The position numbers and the translations under genes were made by a program. This document shows, piece after piece, positions 1 through 9,794 of a DNA stretch of 64,000 nucleotides. The notes beneath the pieces are model-generated. The model was not told where the DNA came from. It saw only the letters and a program-made list of their open reading frames with translations, and made no database searches. The first letter of the stretch is position 1; every line of letters starts with the position of its first letter. The stretch is from Candidatus Eiseniibacteriota bacterium (lineage in GTDB: Bacteria; Eisenbacteria; RBG-16-71-46; CAZAMP01). The stretch covers positions 832,001-896,000 of the forward strand of contig OZ245046.1 in the NCBI GenBank assembly GCA_965224245.1, given 5' to 3'.

Positions 1-1
1 C

Positions 2-115
2 CTGACGTTCTACCTGGACGTGGTCCGCGAGATGCGCCGGAGCATCCTGGACGGGCGGTTCCCGAGCTGGCGCGACGCGTTCCTCGCGCGGTACCGGCGC
101 CCACGAGACGCTTGA
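2..115 (+). CDS. tgt: queuine tRNA-ribosyltransferase, C-terminal fragment (partial at window start)
   Basis: Frame 2 reads LTFYLDVVREMRRSILDGRFPSWRDAFLARYRRPRDA*, resembling the Tgt C-terminus; lies directly upstream of yajC (conserved tgt-yajC order). Confidence 0.8.
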   Translation: MTFYLDVVREMRRSILDGRFPSWRDAFLARYRRPRDA

Positions 116-225
116 TCCGGCGCCCGGTCGGGGACACAATAGGACGCTCTCGAAACTCACGCGGTGGTGGCCCGCCAACGGGCCGATCGGGTCACGCGAC
201 GCGCTGGCCCCACAAGGAGTTCCCC

Positions 226-534
226 ATGACCTGGCTTCTCGCCAGCCCTGCTCCCGGGTTCCGTGCGCTCGACTTCGCTCCGTTCCTCTTGATGATCGTC
301 ATCTTCTGGCTGATCGTGCTCCGGCCGCAGCGGCGCCAGCAGGCGCAGCGCAAGGCGATGCTCCAAGCGCTCAAGAAGGGTGACGAGGTGGTGACCCAGA
401 GCGGAATCCTGGGGCGCATCGTCGGCTTCAAGAACGACATAGTCGTCCTGAAGGTCGACGACTCGACGACGCTCCGGATGCAGCGATCCGCGGTCGCGGG
501 CCTGGTGACCGAGCCGGTGAAAGAGAGCGCATGA
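226..534 (+). CDS. yajC: preprotein translocase subunit YajC
   Basis: TM segment then LRPQRRQQ...LKKGDEVVTQSGILGRI; AAGGAG RBS before ATG 226. Confidence 0.95.
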   Translation: MTWLLASPAPGFRALDFAPFLLMIVIFWLIVLRPQRRQQAQRKAMLQALKKGDEVVTQSGILGRIVGFKNDIVVLKVDDSTTLRMQRSAVAGLVTEPVKESA

Positions 535-1064
535 GGGATCTGGTGCTGTACGGCGACCCGGTGCTCCGGAAGATCGCCGAGCCGGTCACGTCGTTCGACG
601 ACGAGCTCCGCGAGCTCGTCGACGACATGTTCCAGATCATGTATGCCGAGGATGGGATCGGGCTCGCGGGACCGCAGGCCGGTGACTCCCGCCGCGTGTT
701 CGTGATCGACATCCCGGCCGACGACGGCGAGGACGGCGTTCGCCTGGTGATGGTGAACCCGGAGATCGAGCACGTGGGCAGGAAGGTCACGGCCGAGGAA
801 GGGTGCCTGTCGATTCCGGGGATCCGCGAGAACGTCGAGCGCCCCGAGGGCGTCCGTGTGCGGTTCCGGGACGCGGCCGGCGAGCCCCACGAGCTGGAGG
901 CCAAGGGGCTCCTGTCACGCGCGATCCAGCACGAGAACGATCACCTCGATGGCGTGCTGTTCGTGGATCGCCTGCCCAGCATGCGGCGTGCGCTCCTCAA
1001 GCGCGCCCTGGCCGACATCGCCGCGGGCAAGGTGCCCCGGGAGAGCGAACGTTCCGACACATGA
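531..1064 (+). CDS. def: peptide deformylase
   Basis: GIGLAGPQ, EGCLSIPG and QHENDHLDG motifs. Confidence 0.97.
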   Translation: MRDLVLYGDPVLRKIAEPVTSFDDELRELVDDMFQIMYAEDGIGLAGPQAGDSRRVFVIDIPADDGEDGVRLVMVNPEIEHVGRKVTAEEGCLSIPGIRENVERPEGVRVRFRDAAGEPHELEAKGLLSRAIQHENDHLDGVLFVDRLPSMRRALLKRALADIAAGKVPRESERSDT

Positions 1065-2017
1065 ACCTCGTCTTCATGGGAAGTCCCGAGTTTGCGGTGC
1101 CGTCGCTGCGCGCGCTCGCCGCATCGCGACACCGTGTGCTCGAGGTCGTCACGCAGCCCGATCGCCCGCGCGGGCGTGGGCGGCGTCTGGCCGCCTCCCC
1201 GGTGGGGGCGCTGGCGCACGAGCTGGGTCTGCCGGTGCTGAAGCCGGAGCGCTTCGCCGATCCGGACGTCGTGGCGCATCTGGACGCGAGCGGGGCGGAC
1301 GTGTTCGCGGTCGTGGCCTATGGCGAGCTCCTTCGCAAGCGCCATCTGGCGATCCCGCCCCGGGGATGCGTGAACGTGCATCCGTCGCTGTTGCCGCGCC
1401 ACCGAGGTGCGGTCCCGATCCAGTCGGCGCTCCTGGCGGGTGACGACGTCACCGGAGTCACCACGATGTTCATGGCGCGCGGTCTCGACACGGGTGACAT
1501 GCTCCTGCAACGCGCCACCGAGGTGCGCCCCGGCGAGAACGCGGGGAGCCTCCACGACCGGCTGAGCGAGATGGGCGCCGAGCTCCTGGTCGAGACGCTG
1601 GACGGGCTGTCCGAGGATGCTCTCACGCCGATCCCCCAGGACGACGCACGCGCGACGCTCTGCCACAAGCTCACGAAGGCCGATGGCCGCATCGACTGGA
1701 CACGGGACGCGTTGGATCTGTACCGGCACGTTCGCGCGATGACCCCGTGGCCCGGCGCGGTGACCGGGCGGGGCGGTTCGCCGCTGACCGTGCTCGCGGC
1801 GGATCTGGTCGACGTGATCCGGCACGATGGCGAGCCGGGCCGCGTGGTCGGCGTGGCGCCGGGCCGGGGACCGGTGCTGGCGACCGGTCGGGGCCGCCTG
1901 TGCGTGACCTCGCTCAAGCCGGCCGGATCCCGGGCGATGGACGGCGCGTCGTTCGTCCGAGGGCATCGCGTCGAGGTCGGTGAGCGATGGCACGACGACG
2001 GGACGGCGGCCCGATGA
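1061..2017 (+). CDS. fmt: methionyl-tRNA formyltransferase
   Basis: MNLVFMGSPEFA, VVTQPDRP, NVHPSLLPRHRGAVPIQ; ATGA overlap with def. Confidence 0.97.
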   Translation: MNLVFMGSPEFAVPSLRALAASRHRVLEVVTQPDRPRGRGRRLAASPVGALAHELGLPVLKPERFADPDVVAHLDASGADVFAVVAYGELLRKRHLAIPPRGCVNVHPSLLPRHRGAVPIQSALLAGDDVTGVTTMFMARGLDTGDMLLQRATEVRPGENAGSLHDRLSEMGAELLVETLDGLSEDALTPIPQDDARATLCHKLTKADGRIDWTRDALDLYRHVRAMTPWPGAVTGRGGSPLTVLAADLVDVIRHDGEPGRVVGVAPGRGPVLATGRGRLCVTSLKPAGSRAMDGASFVRGHRVEVGERWHDDGTAAR

Positions 2018-4017
2018 GCGGCGACGACGACACGCGCGAGCCCAGGGGACCGCGCAGCCCGAAGCGGCCGCGAGATCCACGAAAGGCCCGCCACCCACAG
2101 GGGCGCGGCCGTCGCCACGCAGACGATCGCTCCGGACGTGATCCCCGCGGAGCGCGGAGTCCTCGCGATGGAGAGTCTCCGCGCGAGGAGCGCGATCGCC
2201 GCCGCGACGGTCGCCGCCGCGACGAGCGAGGTCCACGTGACGCACGAGGTCCACGTGACACCCGAGGTCCACGTGACGCCCGAGGTCCGCGCGACGCCCG
2301 AGGTCCCCGCGACGCCCGAGGTCCCCGCGACGCCCGAGGTCCCCGCGACGCCCGAGGTCCCCGCGACGCGCGCGGCTCCGGCAACACACGAGACTCCCAC
2401 GACACACGCGGCCGCGGCGACGCACGCGGCCCCCGCGACCGCCGAGCGGGCCGCGATGGCGGCGGCTCCCGGGAGGCACGCGAACCGCGAGAGGGATGGG
2501 GTCGCCGAGAGAGGCACGGACCGCGGGAGGGCCGCGGGGCCCGGGAGGGCCACACACCCCGGGAGGGACACGGACCCCGCGTGAGACGCGGACCCGGAGA
2601 CGGACACGGACCCCGGGAGGGTCGCGGACCGGGCGCCGAGCGCGGCCGTGGCCGCGAGCGCCACGGGCGCCCGGCATCCGGCCCGCGCCGGCCTGACGAC
2701 CGTCGTGTCGTCCCGGCGCGCTGGGCCGCCCACCGCGCGCTCACCGACAGCGCCCGGGGTCGCGTGTTCGCCGAGCGCGTCCTGGCCCGGCTGTTCACCG
2801 AGGGGCGCTTCGTCCGGGCCGATCGCGCCCTGGCCACCGCGATCGTGCAGGAGACGCTCCGGCGGCGAGCCGCCCTCGACTACCGGCTCGACGCGATGCT
2901 CGCCGAGCGGCTGGACGAGCTGCCGCTCCCGGTCGTCAACGCGCTTCGCATCGGGCTGGTTCAGCTCCTGCACCTGGATCGCGTGCCGCCGCATGCGGCC
3001 GTGAACGACTCGGTGACCCTGTGCCGGATCACCGGCCACGTCGAGCAGGTGGGAGTGGTCAACGCGATCCTGCGACGCGCCGCCTCGGGCGACCTGCCGC
3101 CCCTGCCCGACGGGGACGACGACGAGTCGATCGCGGTCCGGCACTCGCTGCCCCTCTGGCTCGTGACCCGGTGGCGTCGTTACGGTGACCGGTTCTACGA
3201 GGTCGTGGCGGGCGCGAACCGGATCCCCGACCTCGTCCTCCGGGTGGACCGGCGACGCACGAGCGTGGAGGCCGTGCTGGCCGCGCTCGCGACGAAGGGT
3301 GTCGACGCGACCCCCGGTCATCTCTCGGCGGACTCGGTGCGCGTGCTCGGCCGGCTGACCCTCGAGGATCTCGGGCCGTTTCGAGAGGGGCTGGCCAGCG
3401 TGCAGGACGAGGCCGAATCCCTCGTGGTCGAGCTCGTGGACCCGCTGCCGACCCACCGCGTGCTGGATCTCTGCGCGGCGCCGGGGGGCAAGAGCCTCCA
3501 CGTGCTCGAGAGGACCGGCGGCGCGGTCGAGCTGATCGCGGTCGAGAAGGAGTTCACCCGGCTGTCCCGGCTGCGCGAGAACCGGTCCCGGCTGGGCATG
3601 GCATTCGACGTCGTCTGCGCGGACGGTCGCGAGCTGCCGTTCGACGTCGCGTTCGATCGGGTGCTCGTGGACGCGCCGTGCACGGGCACCGGCGTCCTGG
3701 CGCGCCGCGCCGACTCCCGGTGGCGACTCGGCGTTGACGATCCCCGCAAATCGCGCGATCTTCAGCTGGAGCTCCTGGCCAGCGGAGCCGACCGCGTGGC
3801 GCTGGGCGGACTGCTCGTCTATGCGGTGTGCAGCATCGAGCCCGAGGAAACCACCGACGTCGTCGAGCGGTTCACCGGACACAACCGGCGCTTCCGGGAG
3901 GAGCCGGCCGACACGCTGCCGGCCCCCGCGCGCGACGCCGAGGGCCGGCTGCACCTCCTGCCGGGCCAGTACGGGTCGGACGGGGTCTTCGCCGCTCGCT
4001 TTCGCCGGATCGAGTAG
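2014..4017 (+). CDS. rsmB: 16S rRNA m5C967 methyltransferase RsmB with a long Arg/Gly/Pro/Asp-rich N-terminal extension
   Basis: NusB-like domain (PPHAAVNDSV, VVNAILR), VQDEA, VLDLCAAPGGKS, DAPCTGTG and YAVCSIEPEE; ATGA overlap with the fmt stop. Confidence 0.93.
   Translation: MSGDDDTREPRGPRSPKRPRDPRKARHPQGRGRRHADDRSGRDPRGARSPRDGESPREERDRRRDGRRRDERGPRDARGPRDTRGPRDARGPRDARGPRDARGPRDARGPRDARGPRDARGSGNTRDSHDTRGRGDARGPRDRRAGRDGGGSREAREPREGWGRRERHGPREGRGAREGHTPREGHGPRVRRGPGDGHGPREGRGPGAERGRGRERHGRPASGPRRPDDRRVVPARWAAHRALTDSARGRVFAERVLARLFTEGRFVRADRALATAIVQETLRRRAALDYRLDAMLAERLDELPLPVVNALRIGLVQLLHLDRVPPHAAVNDSVTLCRITGHVEQVGVVNAILRRAASGDLPPLPDGDDDESIAVRHSLPLWLVTRWRRYGDRFYEVVAGANRIPDLVLRVDRRRTSVEAVLAALATKGVDATPGHLSADSVRVLGRLTLEDLGPFREGLASVQDEAESLVVELVDPLPTHRVLDLCAAPGGKSLHVLERTGGAVELIAVEKEFTRLSRLRENRSRLGMAFDVVCADGRELPFDVAFDRVLVDAPCTGTGVLARRADSRWRLGVDDPRKSRDLQLELLASGADRVALGGLLVYAVCSIEPEETTDVVERFTGHNRRFREEPADTLPAPARDAEGRLHLLPGQYGSDGVFAARFRRIE
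2227..2370 (+). repeat. 8 x 18-bp coding tandem repeat (RGPRDA/T)
   Basis: CGAGGTCCNCGYGACRCN repeated with period 18 inside rsmB. Confidence 0.95.
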
Positions 4018-4107
4018 GCATCTCGGGCCCGGCCGCGACCGGCGGACACACGACAGGACGGACGATCGACCGGAGGGGCGGTCCGGCCGCCAGGAAGAGG
4101 ACACGCG

Positions 4108-5025
4108 ATGACCCAGCCAGAGCTGGAGCCCAGCTCCGAGCCGGCGGCGGAGCCGGCGGCAAGGCCGATGACGGAGCCGGCCGCGAGGACGCCCCGATGG
4201 CGCCGCCTCTCCCGGCCCACGCGCCGGCAGATCGGGCGCGGTGCGCTGCATCTGGTCGCGATCGGCACCGGCGCCGTCGTGGCCGGGCTCCTGATCCACT
4301 TCGGGTTCATGCCGCTCGCGGTCGGACACGGGCGCGACATCGTCGTGCCGGACGTGTCCGGGCTGGATCGGGAAGACGCGATCCGGACGCTGGCGGACGA
4401 GGGTCTCGCGGCGAAGGTCGTCGCCGAGCGCGTGGATCTCCACAGCGCGCCGGGCACGATCCTCGACCAGGATCCACCGGCCGGCTTTCGGACCCGCGAG
4501 GGACGTGCGGTCGGTCTGACCGCGAGCCTGGGACGCGGCGAGGTTCTCGTGCCACCGGTCACCGGCGAGTCGCTTCGTCACACCGAGCTGATGCTCACGC
4601 GCGAAGGGCTGCCGATCGGGTTCGTCTCGCGCCGCTACGACTCGACCGACGAGGAGCTCGTGATCGCGACGTCCCCGCCGGCCAACGAGCCGGTGCAACG
4701 GGGGCGGCCGATCAACGTCCTGGTCTCCGCCGGTCAGCAGCCCGAGGCGTTCATGATGCCGGACTTCACCGGCGCCGACCCCAACACCGTCTCGCGCGCG
4801 CTCCGGCGCGCGGGCTTTCCGGCCGAGGTCGAGTATCCGGCGGACTCCCGCGCGGATGCCCGGGTCGTGGCACAGGAACCGGAGCCCGGTCACCGGATCG
4901 TGGCCGGCGACCGCATCAAGCTCATCGTAGGAGATCGGAATGACCGCCGAGCCGACGAGAAAGGCCGCGTTCTGGACGCCCCCCGGCGGCGACCCCGTGG
5001 TCGCTCCATCGATTCTGGCCGCTGA
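4108..5025 (+). CDS. membrane-anchored PASTA-domain protein (about 3 PASTA repeats, no kinase domain)
   Basis: One TM, then VVPDVSG...ILDQDPPAG, VPPVTG...VIATSPPA, MPDFTG...VVAQEPEPG. Confidence 0.88.
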   Translation: MTQPELEPSSEPAAEPAARPMTEPAARTPRWRRLSRPTRRQIGRGALHLVAIGTGAVVAGLLIHFGFMPLAVGHGRDIVVPDVSGLDREDAIRTLADEGLAAKVVAERVDLHSAPGTILDQDPPAGFRTREGRAVGLTASLGRGEVLVPPVTGESLRHTELMLTREGLPIGFVSRRYDSTDEELVIATSPPANEPVQRGRPINVLVSAGQQPEAFMMPDFTGADPNTVSRALRRAGFPAEVEYPADSRADARVVAQEPEPGHRIVAGDRIKLIVGDRNDRRADEKGRVLDAPRRRPRGRSIDSGR

Positions 5026-5656
5026 CTTCGCCGATCTGGCCGCCGCGATCACGGGGGTCGAGGACGCGGGGGTGACGGGACTTCACCTGGACGTGATGGA
5101 CGGGCACTTCGTGCCCAACATCACGTTCGGACCCGCGCTGGTGGCGGCCGTCGCCGGGCGCACGGACGCGTTCCTGGACTGTCACCTGATGATCGAGGAG
5201 CCGCTCCGATACGCCGGGGCGTTCGCCGACGCCGGCGCGGATCTGATCTCGATCCACGCCGAGCTGTTCGAGGATCCCCGGCCGGCGCTGGAGGCCGTCT
5301 CGGCCCTCGGGGTCCGGGTGGGCATCGCCATCAACCCCGACACGCCGCTCGAGCGCGTCGCCGGGTGCCTCGACGCGTGCGATCTCCTCGTGGTGATGAG
5401 CGTGTTTCCGGGGTTCGGCGGGCAGTCGTTCCGCCCCGAGTCGGTCCCCAAGATCGCCGAGGCCGCGGCCCTCCGGGCCCGCGAGGGGCTGGGGTTCGCG
5501 ATCGAGGTGGACGGCGGCATCGGGGTCGACAACGCCCGGCTCGTCGCCGACGCGGGCGCGGACGTGCTCGTGGCCGGGAGCGCCGTGTTCGGCGCCCCCG
5601 ACCCGACCGCGGCGGTGGTCGCGATCGCCGGAGCCGGGGCGGGCGTGACCGGCTGA
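4940..5656 (+). CDS. rpe: ribulose-phosphate 3-epimerase
   Basis: APSILAADF, HLDVMDGHFVPNITFG, DCHLMI, MSVFPGFGGQSF, IEVDGGI. Confidence 0.97.
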   Translation: MTAEPTRKAAFWTPPGGDPVVAPSILAADFADLAAAITGVEDAGVTGLHLDVMDGHFVPNITFGPALVAAVAGRTDAFLDCHLMIEEPLRYAGAFADAGADLISIHAELFEDPRPALEAVSALGVRVGIAINPDTPLERVAGCLDACDLLVVMSVFPGFGGQSFRPESVPKIAEAAALRAREGLGFAIEVDGGIGVDNARLVADAGADVLVAGSAVFGAPDPTAAVVAIAGAGAGVTG

Positions 5657-5771
5657 GCCCCCCGGCGGCCCGTCCCGGATCGCCGAAAGCGCTTTACCCA
5701 GGCGCGGTTCGGGCTTACACTCGTCGCCCTTTGGCCCGGAGGGCCGATCCACGTCCAGTTCGCGAGGATCC

Positions 5772-7097
5772 ATGTTCGAGCAGCTGACCGAGAAACTCGA
5801 CGCCACGTTCCGCAAGCTGAGCGGCCGGGGGACCCTGTCGGAGTCCAACGTCAAGGAAGGGCTCCGGGACGTCCGGCGTGCGCTCCTCGAGGCCGACGTG
5901 CACTTCGGGGTGGCCAAGGCGTTCATCAAGCGCGTCGAGGAGAAGGCGATCGGTCAGGACGTCCTCAAGGGGATCAATCCGTCTCAGCAGGTCGTGAAGA
6001 TCGTGCACGACGAGCTCGTCACGCTGATGGGTGGCGAGCAGCGCCGGCTTCGCCGGGCCCCGACGCCGCCGTCGGTCGTGATGATCGTCGGTCTCCAGGG
6101 CTCCGGGAAGACGTCGTTCTGCGGCAAGCTCGCCGTCCATCTTCGCAAGTCCAAGCAGCGGGTCATGATGGCGGCGTGCGACGTCTATCGCCCCGCGGCC
6201 ATCGACCAGCTGGAGACGGTCGGGCGCGAGATCGACGTTCCGGTCTACGCCGATCGCGAGACCCCCGACGTGGTGGCCATCGCGAAGGCCGCGTTCGCCG
6301 CCGCGCGAGACAAGGCGGCCGACTATCTGATCCTCGACACCGCCGGTCGCCTCCACGTCGACGAGATGAAGATGGACGAGCTCGCGCGGCTCCGCGACGC
6401 GCTGACGCCGTCCGACACGCTCCTGGTCGTGGACGGCATGACCGGCCAGGACGCGGTGCGCATCGGCGAGTCGTTCCAGGAGAAGCTGGGCTTCGACGCG
6501 ATCGTGCTGACCAAGATGGACGGTGACGCCCGGGGCGGCGCGGCGCTCTCGGTGCGCGAGGTCACCGGCAAGCCCATCGTGTTCCTCGGCAACGGCGAGA
6601 AGCCCTCGGACATCCTCGAGTTCCATCCCGATCGGATGGCCTCGCGCATCCTGGGCATGGGCGACATTCTCGGTCTGGTCGAGAAGGCGCAGGAGCAGTT
6701 CGACGAGAAGGAGGCCGCGGCGCTGGAGCGGAAGATCCGCAAGAGCCAGTTCACGCTGCAGGACTTCCTGAGCCAGCTCCGCATGATCCAGAAGATGGGA
6801 CCGATCGAGGACCTCCTCAAGCACATCCCCGGCGTCGGGGCGCAGATCAAGGACCTGAAGATCGACCCGAAGGAGCTCAAGCGCATCGAGGCCATCATCC
6901 TGTCGATGACGCCCGGCGAGCGCGACAATCCCAAGGTCATCGACGCGTCGCGCCGCCGGCGGATCAGCGCCGGCAGCGGCACGAGCGTCCAGCAGGTCAA
7001 TCAGCTGCTCAAGCAGTTCAAAGAGATGAACAAGATGATGAAGCAAGTATCCAAACTCTCGAAAGGCCGCCGGCCGAGGATGCCGTTCGCGGTCTGA
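5772..7097 (+). CDS. ffh: signal recognition particle protein Ffh
   Basis: GLQGSGKT, DVYRPAA, DTAGR, TKMDGDARGGAALS and M domain. Confidence 0.98.
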   Translation: MFEQLTEKLDATFRKLSGRGTLSESNVKEGLRDVRRALLEADVHFGVAKAFIKRVEEKAIGQDVLKGINPSQQVVKIVHDELVTLMGGEQRRLRRAPTPPSVVMIVGLQGSGKTSFCGKLAVHLRKSKQRVMMAACDVYRPAAIDQLETVGREIDVPVYADRETPDVVAIAKAAFAAARDKAADYLILDTAGRLHVDEMKMDELARLRDALTPSDTLLVVDGMTGQDAVRIGESFQEKLGFDAIVLTKMDGDARGGAALSVREVTGKPIVFLGNGEKPSDILEFHPDRMASRILGMGDILGLVEKAQEQFDEKEAAALERKIRKSQFTLQDFLSQLRMIQKMGPIEDLLKHIPGVGAQIKDLKIDPKELKRIEAIILSMTPGERDNPKVIDASRRRRISAGSGTSVQQVNQLLKQFKEMNKMMKQVSKLSKGRRPRMPFAV

Positions 7098-7115
7098 TCA
7101 CCTAGGAGGTGAGGA

Positions 7116-7850
7116 TTGTCAGTCAAGATCCGGCTTCTGCGTTCGGGTCAGAAGCACCGCCCGTTCTACAAGGTCGTCGTCGCCGACTCGCGCGCGCCGC
7201 GTGACGGTCGGTTCATCGAGATGCTCGGGTACTACGACCCGGTACCGACGACGGGCCTGTTGAAGATCGACACCGAGCGGGTCAAGCACTGGGTCGATCG
7301 CGGTGCGACCGCCACCGACACCGTGCGCGCGTTGATCAAGAAGTCCGGGAGCTGGCCGACCGCCGACGACGTCGCGACGAAGGCACGTGAGAAGCGCTCG
7401 AAGGCGATCGAAGAGGCCAACCGTCTGGCGCCTCGCAAGCCCGAGGCTGCGCCGGCGAAGACCGAGGGCCCGAAGCCGGCCGGGAAGCCCGCCGGGAAGG
7501 CCGCGGCTCCCAAGGCGGACGCCCCGAAGGCCAAGGCGGCTGCCCCGAAGGCCGACGCTGCGCCGAAGGCCGACACCGCGCCGAAGCCCGCCGCCGCCCC
7601 GAAGGCCGACACCGCGCCGAAGGCCGCCGCCGCGCCGAAGGCCGACACCGCGCCGAAGGCCGACGCCGCGCCGAAGGCCGACGCCGCGCCGAAGGCCGAC
7701 GCCGCGCCGAAGGCCGACGCCGCGCCGAAGGCCGACGCCGCGCCGAAGGCCGACGCCGCGCCGAAGGCCGACGCCGCGCCGAAGGCCGACGCCGCGCCGA
7801 CGGCGGCCGACGCCGAGGCGAAGCCCGACGCCCCCGAGAAGAAGGACTAG
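7116..7850 (+). CDS. rpsP: 30S ribosomal protein S16 with long Ala/Lys/Pro tail
   Basis: TTG start after AGGAGGTGAGG; VKIRLLRSGQKHRPFYKVVVADSRAPRDGRFIEMLGYYDP. Confidence 0.97.
   Translation: MSVKIRLLRSGQKHRPFYKVVVADSRAPRDGRFIEMLGYYDPVPTTGLLKIDTERVKHWVDRGATATDTVRALIKKSGSWPTADDVATKAREKRSKAIEEANRLAPRKPEAAPAKTEGPKPAGKPAGKAAAPKADAPKAKAAAPKADAAPKADTAPKPAAAPKADTAPKAAAAPKADTAPKADAAPKADAAPKADAAPKADAAPKADAAPKADAAPKADAAPKADAAPTAADAEAKPDAPEKKD
7507..7800 (+). repeat. 18-bp coding tandem repeat (PKADAA and variants)
   Basis: CCGAAGGCCGACGCCGCG, 8 exact consecutive copies preceded by degenerate ones. Confidence 0.93.
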
Positions 7851-7859
7851 CGCGAACCG

Positions 7860-8090
7860 ATGCGAGAGTTCATCGAGTACGTCGTTCGCTCGCTCGTCGA
7901 GCAGCCGGACGACGTCGCCGTCATCGAGAAGCCCGGCGATCGAGCCACGGTGTTCGAGCTGGCCGTGCACCCGGACGATCGTGGCCGCATCATCGGCAAG
8001 TCCGGGCAGACGATTCACGCGCTGCGCAGCCTCGTATCCGCCGCGGCCACGCTGAAGGGCGTGAACGCGACCGTCGACGTCGCCGAGTAG
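7860..8090 (+). CDS. khpA: KH-domain RNA-binding protein KhpA
   Basis: DDRGRIIGKSGQTIHALR (GxxG loop); between rpsP and rimM. Confidence 0.92.
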   Translation: MREFIEYVVRSLVEQPDDVAVIEKPGDRATVFELAVHPDDRGRIIGKSGQTIHALRSLVSAAATLKGVNATVDVAE

Positions 8091-8103
8091 TCGTCGAACG
8101 ACC

Positions 8104-8625
8104 GTGGCTCCGGACGATCTCGTGGCCCTCGCGCGCGTCGGGCGCGCGAGAGGTCTCCGCGGTGACGTGATACTCCGGGGCGATCCCGACGCCCTGGCGC
8201 TCATCACCGACGGCGCCGAGCTGACGCTCGTCCGGGACGGCGAGCGGCGCGACGTCGTCGCGCAGCACTGTCGCGACGTCAAGGACGGCGTGTCCGTGCG
8301 CTTCGACGGCATCACCGACCGCACGGCGGCCGAGAGCCTGCGGGACATGCGGGTGGCCGTGGAGCGCGATCGGCTGCCCGAGCCCAGTGTCGACTGGTTC
8401 TTGTTCGAGCTGATCCAGGACTACGACGTGGTCACGACCGCGAACGAGCCGGTGGGCCGCGTGGCCGACCGGATCCGCACGCCGGCCCAGGACGTCCTCG
8501 TCGTACGCGCCGGTGATCGCGAGGTGCTCGTCCCGGCGGTGCCGGCGATCCTGGTGTCGATCGACGCGGACGCGCGGCGGCTCGTCATCGAGCCCGTACC
8601 GGGCCTCCTGGACCTCAACGCGTAA
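8104..8625 (+). CDS. rimM: ribosome maturation factor RimM
   Basis: GRARGLRGDV, FDGITDRTAAESL, QDVLVV, EVLVPAV; synteny. Confidence 0.93.
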   Translation: MAPDDLVALARVGRARGLRGDVILRGDPDALALITDGAELTLVRDGERRDVVAQHCRDVKDGVSVRFDGITDRTAAESLRDMRVAVERDRLPEPSVDWFLFELIQDYDVVTTANEPVGRVADRIRTPAQDVLVVRAGDREVLVPAVPAILVSIDADARRLVIEPVPGLLDLNA

Positions 8626-8637
8626 CGAGCGACGGCG

Positions 8638-9423
8638 ATGCACGTTTCCATCCTGACCGCGTTCCCAAGGATGTTCGAGGGCCCGTTCGCCGAGGGCATC
8701 ATCCGGATCGCGCGCGAGGGCGGACAGCTCACGGTGGAGACGATCGACTACCGGGAGTTCACGAGCGATCGACATCGGACGATCGACGACGCGCCGTTCG
8801 GCGGGGGGCCGGGCATGATCCTGAAGCCAGAGCCCATCGCGGCGGGCCTGGAGCGTGCCGATCACGCGAGCGGGGGCCGCGCGCATCGCATCCTGCTCGG
8901 CCCGAGCGGCGATCGATTCGATCAGGCCACCGCCCGCGAGCTCGCCGGCCTGGAGCGGATCGCGCTCGTCACCGGGCGCTACAAGGACGTGGACGACCGG
9001 GTCAGGGGGCTCGTCGACCGGGAGCTCTCGATCGGGGACTATGTCCTTTCAGGAGGCGAACTTCCGGCGATGGTCGTCGTGGATGCGGTGGCCCGTCTGT
9101 TGCCGGGGGTGGTCGGCGACGAGGCCTCGGTCGACTCCGATTCTTTTGAGTATGGCCGACTGGACGCGCCGTACTATACTCGCCCGTCCGAATTCGCCGG
9201 GCGCGACGTGCCCGGCGTCTTGCGCTCGGGACATCATGCCCGGGTCGCCGAGTGGCGACGCAAGGAAGCGCTCAGGCGCACGCTCGTGTGGCGGCCGGAT
9301 CTGTTCGACACGAATCCGATCACCGAGGACGAGCGACGTCTCCTGCGCGAGATCCAGCGCGAGCTGAACACGCGCATCGACGAGGTCGCCGGCTCCGGCG
9401 GCGCCGGAACCGACAGAGGGTAG
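8638..9423 (+). CDS. trmD: tRNA (guanine37-N1)-methyltransferase
   Basis: [38 protein letters not shown]. Confidence 0.97.
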   Translation: MHVSILTAFPRMFEGPFAEGIIRIAREGGQLTVETIDYREFTSDRHRTIDDAPFGGGPGMILKPEPIAAGLERADHASGGRAHRILLGPSGDRFDQATARELAGLERIALVTGRYKDVDDRVRGLVDRELSIGDYVLSGGELPAMVVVDAVARLLPGVVGDEASVDSDSFEYGRLDAPYYTRPSEFAGRDVPGVLRSGHHARVAEWRRKEALRRTLVWRPDLFDTNPITEDERRLLREIQRELNTRIDEVAGSGGAGTDRG

Positions 9424-9427
9424 AACG

Positions 9428-9775
9428 ATGGAGAACATTCGACGCATCGAGGCGCCCCACCTCAGAAGCGACCTGCCGAGCTTCCGATCCGGGGACACCG
9501 TGCGCGTTCACGTGAACGTGGTCGAGGGCGACAAGAAGCGCATCCAGGTCTTCCAGGGCGTGGTCATCGGCCGCCGCGGCGGCGGCGCCAGCGAGACGTT
9601 CATGGTTCGCAAGGTCACTGACGGCGTGGGTGTCGAGCGCATCTTCCCGTTGCACTCGCCCAGCATCGACAAGGTCGAGGTGGTTCAGCGCGGCAAGGTG
9701 CGGCGCGCGAAGCTCTTCTATCTCCGCGAGCGCACCGGCAAGCACGCCCGCATCAAGGCCCTCCGCGAGAAGTAG
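9428..9775 (+). CDS. rplS: 50S ribosomal protein L19
   Basis: [36 protein letters not shown]. Confidence 0.98.
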   Translation: MENIRRIEAPHLRSDLPSFRSGDTVRVHVNVVEGDKKRIQVFQGVVIGRRGGGASETFMVRKVTDGVGVERIFPLHSPSIDKVEVVQRGKVRRAKLFYLRERTGKHARIKALREK

Positions 9776-9794
9776 ACCCGCCCCCGGAGGCGCA

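Noticed and set aside
1318-5052. 1244-aa minus-strand ORF and similar giants (12922-16842 +, 27524-30847 +, 27588-31262 -, 36111-39107 -, 38248-41427 -)
   Set aside because: Shadow frames of well-supported genes; high GC suppresses stops and the translations are Arg/Pro/Gly-rich with no motifs.
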